Of a DNA stretch of 32,000 nt, positions 27,931 to 32,000 are shown piece after piece; the first letter of the stretch is position 1, and each line of letters begins with the position of its first letter. The notes below the pieces were generated by a model. That model was given only the letters and a program-made list of their open reading frames with translations, had not been told where the DNA came from and searched no databases. The translations under genes and the position numbers were made by a program. Source of the stretch: Pseudidiomarina andamanensis. Its GTDB lineage: Bacteria; Pseudomonadota; Gammaproteobacteria; Enterobacterales; Alteromonadaceae. The stretch is taken from contig NZ_CP032551.1 of NCBI RefSeq assembly GCF_009734345.1, forward strand, positions 810,001-842,000, in the 5' to 3' direction.

Positions 27931-28887
27931 CTATAGGTTCAGGTTAAAGAATCGATAGGCCTGTTTTACTTCAGCTTGAGCTTGCTCTAACGTGGTGATT
28001 TCGAACCGCAAAGCTGTTCCTGCTGTTGCTTGCGCCAGCGCCATCCGTCCGGACCAGCTTACCACGCCGATTTTCGGATACCCGCCGAGCGTTTGGCAGT
28101 CGTTTAACATGACAATGGGCTGACCATCCGGTGGTATTTGAATCGCACCTAACGGCAATGGTTCGGAAATAATTTGTGGTTGTGTCCACGCTATCGGCTG
28201 GTTCGCTTGCAAGCGAATTCCCATACGATCTTGCTTGGCTGTAACCTGCATGTTTTGCTGCACCAAACTTTGCTGTGCGTGTTGCTCAAACTGCGCATAT
28301 TGAGCCATCGGAATCATTGGAATCCGTAATTCGGTTGTGCTCGAAACTCTTGGAATTAAATCATGCTGAGGGCGACGAAAAGGCACGACCTGAGCCGACT
28401 CGAATGAGCCAGCATGAAGTTCATCACCGCTCTGTAATGGCTTGCCGTCACCATGCAGCCCTCCTAATCCATCTCTTGTTACCGTTGCAATAGAGCCAAA
28501 GACTGGCCTCGCAGTGAAACCTCCCGCTACCGCGAGATAACTGCGTAACCCGCGTTCCGGCGCATCAATACGAACTCGTTCGCCAGCGTTAACGCGAAAC
28601 ACCTCCCAAGTTGGAATCGGCTGTTGACTCTTCGTAACGGTCACCGGCGCACCACAGACCACCCAATAGCTTGTTTTTAGCGCTGTGACACTTAACCCAC
28701 CGAGTGTCACTTCCAATTGCGCAGCTGTGGCGGTATTGCCGAGCAGCTTATTGGCCCACAAAAACGCGCGCTCATCGATTGGCCCACCGCGAGTGATACC
28801 TTGGGATAAATGACCAAACCTTCCCCAATCTTGCAGCGTTGTCAGCAAGCCCGGTTGATCGATACGAAGCGCCGGATAACTCGTCAT
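27931..28887 (-). CDS. pxpC: 5-oxoprolinase subunit PxpC (KipA / allophanate hydrolase subunit 2 family)
   Basis: Family-typical N-terminus (PGLLTTLQD.GR.G....G...GG..D). ATGA overlap with pxpB. Confidence 0.9.
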   Translation of the reverse strand: MTSYPALRIDQPGLLTTLQDWGRFGHLSQGITRGGPIDERAFLWANKLLGNTATAAQLEVTLGGLSVTALKTSYWVVCGAPVTVTKSQQPIPTWEVFRVNAGERVRIDAPERGLRSYLAVAGGFTARPVFGSIATVTRDGLGGLHGDGKPLQSGDELHAGSFESAQVVPFRRPQHDLIPRVSSTTELRIPMIPMAQYAQFEQHAQQSLVQQNMQVTAKQDRMGIRLQANQPIAWTQPQIISEPLPLGAIQIPPDGQPIVMLNDCQTLGGYPKIGVVSWSGRMALAQATAGTALRFEITTLEQAQAEVKQAYRFFNLNL

Positions 28888-29579
28888 GATGACGCTCCCG
28901 ATTCGAGTGCAAGAAAACGCTGCATCGTCACCGGAATGAATCGCACGTGGTCACCCGCTTTCAGTCGCAAACCTGATTGCTCGTTCCAACCTGCCACGCG
29001 ACCGATAATATTCCAGCCTCCCGGAGAGGTTCTCGGATAAATAGCGGTTTGTTGGTTAGCCACTGCAACACTCCCCGCTGGCACCTTTGTACGTGGCGTA
29101 TCAAGTCGCGCCACTTGCAACGCTTCTGGAACATCGCCCAAATACGCAAACCCCGGAGCAAAGCCAATAGTATAAACATGGTAGGTTTCTTCGCTATGGC
29201 GTTGAATAACTTCATCTATGCTGAGCCCAGTAACATGACTGACACGTTCAATATCGGGCCCAAACTCGGGGTCGTAGCACACAAAGTACTCGTGAACCGT
29301 GGCTTTCTTATTCGTAAGTTTCTGATGTTGCAGTTGTTCAAGTTGGCTTTGCAGGAACTGTTGCACTTGCGCATATGTGGTACGTTGAATGTCGTACACA
29401 ACCAGCAGTGTGTGATAGGCGGCAACCGCATCGCTCAACCATGTTGGTTGCGCCGCAATAACCATTTCACGCAGCACATGAACCTGTTGATTGATGTGTT
29501 TATCAACTACGGCTTCAAACACGACCATAGCCGCATCAACACCAGCGATTTCAATAGAAGCTTTCACGTTAACTGTCAC
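28884..29579 (-). CDS. pxpB: 5-oxoprolinase subunit PxpB (KipI / allophanate hydrolase subunit 1 family)
   Basis: GFAPGFAYLG and VPAGSVAVANQQTAIYPRTSPGGWNIIGR motifs. The start must be GTG, either 29579 (11-nt overlap with pxpA) or 29567. The first in-frame ATG is too far into the conserved N-terminus. Confidence 0.9.
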   Translation of the reverse strand: MTVNVKASIEIAGVDAAMVVFEAVVDKHINQQVHVLREMVIAAQPTWLSDAVAAYHTLLVVYDIQRTTYAQVQQFLQSQLEQLQHQKLTNKKATVHEYFVCYDPEFGPDIERVSHVTGLSIDEVIQRHSEETYHVYTIGFAPGFAYLGDVPEALQVARLDTPRTKVPAGSVAVANQQTAIYPRTSPGGWNIIGRVAGWNEQSGLRLKAGDHVRFIPVTMQRFLALESGASS

Positions 29580-30324
29580 TCAAAGCCTGACGAATGGCGA
29601 CAACAGTTGCTATAGATTCGGCATTATCACCGTGCACACAGAGTGTTTGGGGTTGCAGAAGTATATGTGAGCCATCGCTCGCAATAATAGGTTCGCCGGA
29701 GGCAAACGCTTTTGCCTGAGCGAGAATCTTGGCACGATCGGTAAACACCGCATCGCTATATTGACGAGAACGTAATGAACCATCGGGTTCGTAGCATCTA
29801 TCAGCAAACGCTTCGAAACAAAGTTCTACCTGACACTCGTCGGCAATACGCTGTTGTGTGGCGTTATTTGCTGTGGCCAACGTTAATAAGTACAGTGGCG
29901 GATGCTCGGGGTGACTGTGATTTTGCTCTGCAATAACGCGGCACACTACTTCAAAGAGTTCTTGATCGCGTTGCATGTCGTTATACAGTGCACCGTGCGG
30001 TTTCACGTAACTTATTTGTGCGCCAGCTTGTAAGCATAACGCACGCATCGCTCCAATCTGGTAATGCAAAATGGCTTTCAGTTCTGTTGGGGGAAAGTGT
30101 AACGTGCGACGACCAAACCCAGCCAAATCTGGATAAGCTGGGTGCGCACCAATTTCGACTTGATGCTCAATTGCTAACTGAATGGTTTGCGCCATGATTG
30201 CTGGGCCCCCGGCATGAAAACCACAAGCAATGTTAGCCATATCAATGTGCGGCATAACGGCAGCATCATCGCCCATGGTCCAGGCCGCAAAACTTTCTCC
30301 CATATCACAATTAAGTTTAATCAT
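29569..30324 (-). CDS. pxpA: 5-oxoprolinase subunit PxpA (LamB/YcsF family)
   Basis: LNCDMGESFG-type N-terminus, ANIACGFHAG, KPHGALYN. Confidence 0.9.
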   Translation of the reverse strand: MIKLNCDMGESFAAWTMGDDAAVMPHIDMANIACGFHAGGPAIMAQTIQLAIEHQVEIGAHPAYPDLAGFGRRTLHFPPTELKAILHYQIGAMRALCLQAGAQISYVKPHGALYNDMQRDQELFEVVCRVIAEQNHSHPEHPPLYLLTLATANNATQQRIADECQVELCFEAFADRCYEPDGSLRSRQYSDAVFTDRAKILAQAKAFASGEPIIASDGSHILLQPQTLCVHGDNAESIATVVAIRQALSDS

Positions 30325-30740
30325 GACTGTTTATCAACCGAATCCTCTGACTTATCTTTGTTTGCGCCACGCGCTCCGGCGAATCGCGCATAACTGTAAG
30401 CAAATAAATAAACCCCAACACCGACACTTGAGATAAATAAAGGAGCAAGCGTTAATCCGCCAATTTGATGGGCGCCATACACGGCGGCAGCACCAGTTAA
30501 GCCCAGAGTCGTCAGTGATGCCGCAACCAAGGTGATAGGCTCGAGCCACTTGAGTAAAACTGTGCCGCCCAGCAAATTCACCAATGCCCCCAGAATAATT
30601 CCCCAAGCAATTGGCACACCAAGTTTGTACCAACCCAGTTGCCAATCGATAATGGCTGCCCACAATTGCTGTTCGCTGGCATTATAAAACATTAGGCCAA
30701 CAAGACCCGCTAAAATAACTAACCGTGTAGTTAACGACAT
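30321..30740 (-). CDS. Hypothetical 4-TM membrane protein (139 aa) translationally coupled to pxpA
   Basis: Four hydrophobic helices and a charged C-terminal tail. GGGAAG upstream of the ATG. The stop overlaps the pxpA ATG (ATGA). No family recognised. Confidence 0.6.
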   Translation of the reverse strand: MSLTTRLVILAGLVGLMFYNASEQQLWAAIIDWQLGWYKLGVPIAWGIILGALVNLLGGTVLLKWLEPITLVAASLTTLGLTGAAAVYGAHQIGGLTLAPLFISSVGVGVYLFAYSYARFAGARGANKDKSEDSVDKQS

Positions 30741-30763
30741 AATTCTTCCCTACGTTTGTGGGT

Positions 30764-31054
30764 CTAAATAAGTAGCCAAGACAAAATGGCAATAATGATG
30801 GCAATAATCGGTACCCACAAAATTGGGGATTGGTACCATTTTAAAACAGGTTGTTGATACGGTGCTGAGGTTTTTTCTGGCGCCGGTTCAGGACGTTTTT
30901 GACGTAGTAACCACACTGCCCCCACAACCAATAACACCACGCCTAATTGACGGTAACTTGAAGCCGCTTCGTTTGCAGGAGCTAATACGGCGAGTAAAAT
31001 ACCAAGAACCATAATCGCCAGCGCACTAATTCGTGTTGTCGTTGTTGTTTTCAT
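30764..31054 (-). CDS. Hypothetical small membrane protein (96 aa, about 3 TM)
   Basis: Hydrophobic profile. Begins 4 nt after the stop of the upstream 55-aa ORF. No good SD of its own. Confidence 0.5.
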   Translation of the reverse strand: MKTTTTTRISALAIMVLGILLAVLAPANEAASSYRQLGVVLLVVGAVWLLRQKRPEPAPEKTSAPYQQPVLKWYQSPILWVPIIAIIIAILSWLLI

Positions 31055-31058
31055 AAGC

Positions 31059-31223
31059 TTATTTTTGCCCTTTTTGTTTTTCTTTTCGCCACGCTATTAA
31101 AAACCATATCCAGCCGACTACTTGCATAACCACACCAACAATAATGGTGCTTATGGCTTGCTCCCAAATACCACTTAACATGGTCGCAAAACCAATAACC
31201 GCTAAGATGAGTGGGTATATCAT
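31059..31223 (-). CDS. Hypothetical small membrane protein (55 aa, 2 TM)
   Basis: ATG 31223 has AAGGAG 6 nt upstream. The longer 76-aa version in the track (ATG 31289) has no SD. The second helix resembles that of the 96-aa neighbour. Confidence 0.5.
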   Translation of the reverse strand: MIYPLILAVIGFATMLSGIWEQAISTIIVGVVMQVVGWIWFLIAWRKEKQKGQK

Positions 31224-31353
31224 CACAATCTCCTTGTTAGGAATAGACACCTTACTGAAATCTTCAGCGTCGCGAAAGACTTCAGGCATTATATTCGACT
31301 ATTGTCGGGGCGAGTGCCATACTGCTTTCACTAACTTTGACGATGAGGCAGCT

Positions 31354-32000
31354 ATGACCCGAGCCGCACAGGAAACCCAACTCGAAACATGCGAGTCAGA
31401 GCATTTGCAGCATGATGCAAGTATCTATGCATCAGTACAGCGACAATTAACGCCATATCTAACGGTTCACCGTATTTTGCCACAACGAGCAATTCGGATG
31501 ATCGGTCCATGGTGCTTCCTTGATCATTTCGGCCCTGTTGCTCCAGCGAATTATCGCCAATTTGATGTGCCGCCTCACCCACATATTGGCCTACAAACCA
31601 TTACTTGGTTGCTATCGGGTCAACTTCTACATCAAGACAGTTTAGGCTATGAACAACCATTACGTGGCGGACAATTGAATTTAATGACCGCCGGCCGTGG
31701 AATTACTCATGCTGAGGTTGCTGACCATGACCCGAATCAGCCATTACATGGACTACAACTATGGCGAGCACTGCCGCCGGAGCACGAACAAACAGAACCG
31801 CGCTTCGACCATTATCAACAGGTGCCTAAATTTAGCCTTGGCGATTGCACCGCAACGCTGATTTGCGGAACTTACGCCACCGAACAGCGACGCTGGAATA
31901 GCCCGGCACTAAGCTTTAGCCCCAGTCTTGCCATGCTGTTGAATACCCCCCGTACAACCGCCGTTGAATTGCACTTAGAGCGTGATTTTGAATATGGAAT
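31354..32000 (+). CDS. Pirin family protein (3' end beyond the window)
   Basis: Absent from the ORF track because it runs off the window. GAGG lies 5 nt upstream of ATG 31354. Translation contains GPWCFLDHFGP...DVPPHPHIGLQTITWLLSG...HQDSLG...LNLMTAGRGITHAE, the pirin cupin motifs. The frame stays open to nt 32000. Confidence 0.85.
   Translation, partial: MTRAAQETQLETCESEHLQHDASIYASVQRQLTPYLTVHRILPQRAIRMIGPWCFLDHFGPVAPANYRQFDVPPHPHIGLQTITWLLSGQLLHQDSLGYEQPLRGGQLNLMTAGRGITHAEVADHDPNQPLHGLQLWRALPPEHEQTEPRFDHYQQVPKFSLGDCTATLICGTYATEQRRWNSPALSFSPSLAMLLNTPRTTAVELHLERDFEYG

Noticed and set aside
28977-29615. 212-aa ORF on the plus strand, nearly co-extensive with pxpB.
   Set aside because: The minus-strand frame carries unmistakable PxpB/KipI motifs (GFAPGFAYLG, SPGGWNIIGR). 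The plus-strand product has no recognisable motif and is a typical antisense shadow ORF.
31352-31582. 76-aa minus-strand ORF listed in the track.
   Set aside because: The plus strand here encodes the N-terminus of a pirin-family protein with canonical cupin motifs and a good SD. The minus-strand ORF is its antisense shadow.

Overview
The window reads as conserved core chromosome of a marine gammaproteobacterium (Alteromonadales-like by protein similarity and moderate GC; organism not identified). It is very densely packed: about 45 protein genes, many with overlapping start/stop codons. I found no rRNA, tRNA, CRISPR array, transposase, integrase or prophage gene. Gene order mirrors two E. coli neighbourhoods. 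The first is yfbV / yffB-dapE / purC-bamC-dapA / bcp / perM / bepA / yfgD-type arsC / hda. The second is pgm-seqA / ybfF / fldA-fur / glnS / pxpABC. Left of these lie a DASS symporter and a minus-strand string: patatin-like lipase, hemH, a 78-aa acidic ORF, a two-HKD phospholipase-D protein and a beta-CASP MBL nuclease. I do not see a clear-cut novel system such as a defence island or mobile element. The points most worth a second look are these: (1) the tightly coupled patatin-hemH-small ORF-PLD-beta-CASP string; (2) three small, family-less membrane proteins coupled to pxpABC; (3) the yfbV/yffB intergenic region, with inverted heptamer-repeat arrays and a cluster of DnaA-box-like sites; (4) an exact DnaA box upstream of the DUF2066-hda operon, and an hda start that must be non-AUG (TTG). 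Smaller structural oddities are also listed: convergent genes with overlapping stop codons inside palindromes, a 12-bp tandem duplication carrying a stop codon, a small ORF missing from the ORF track, and a 1-Cys Bcp. All product calls come from my recognition of motifs and remembered orthologue sequences; no database search was run.
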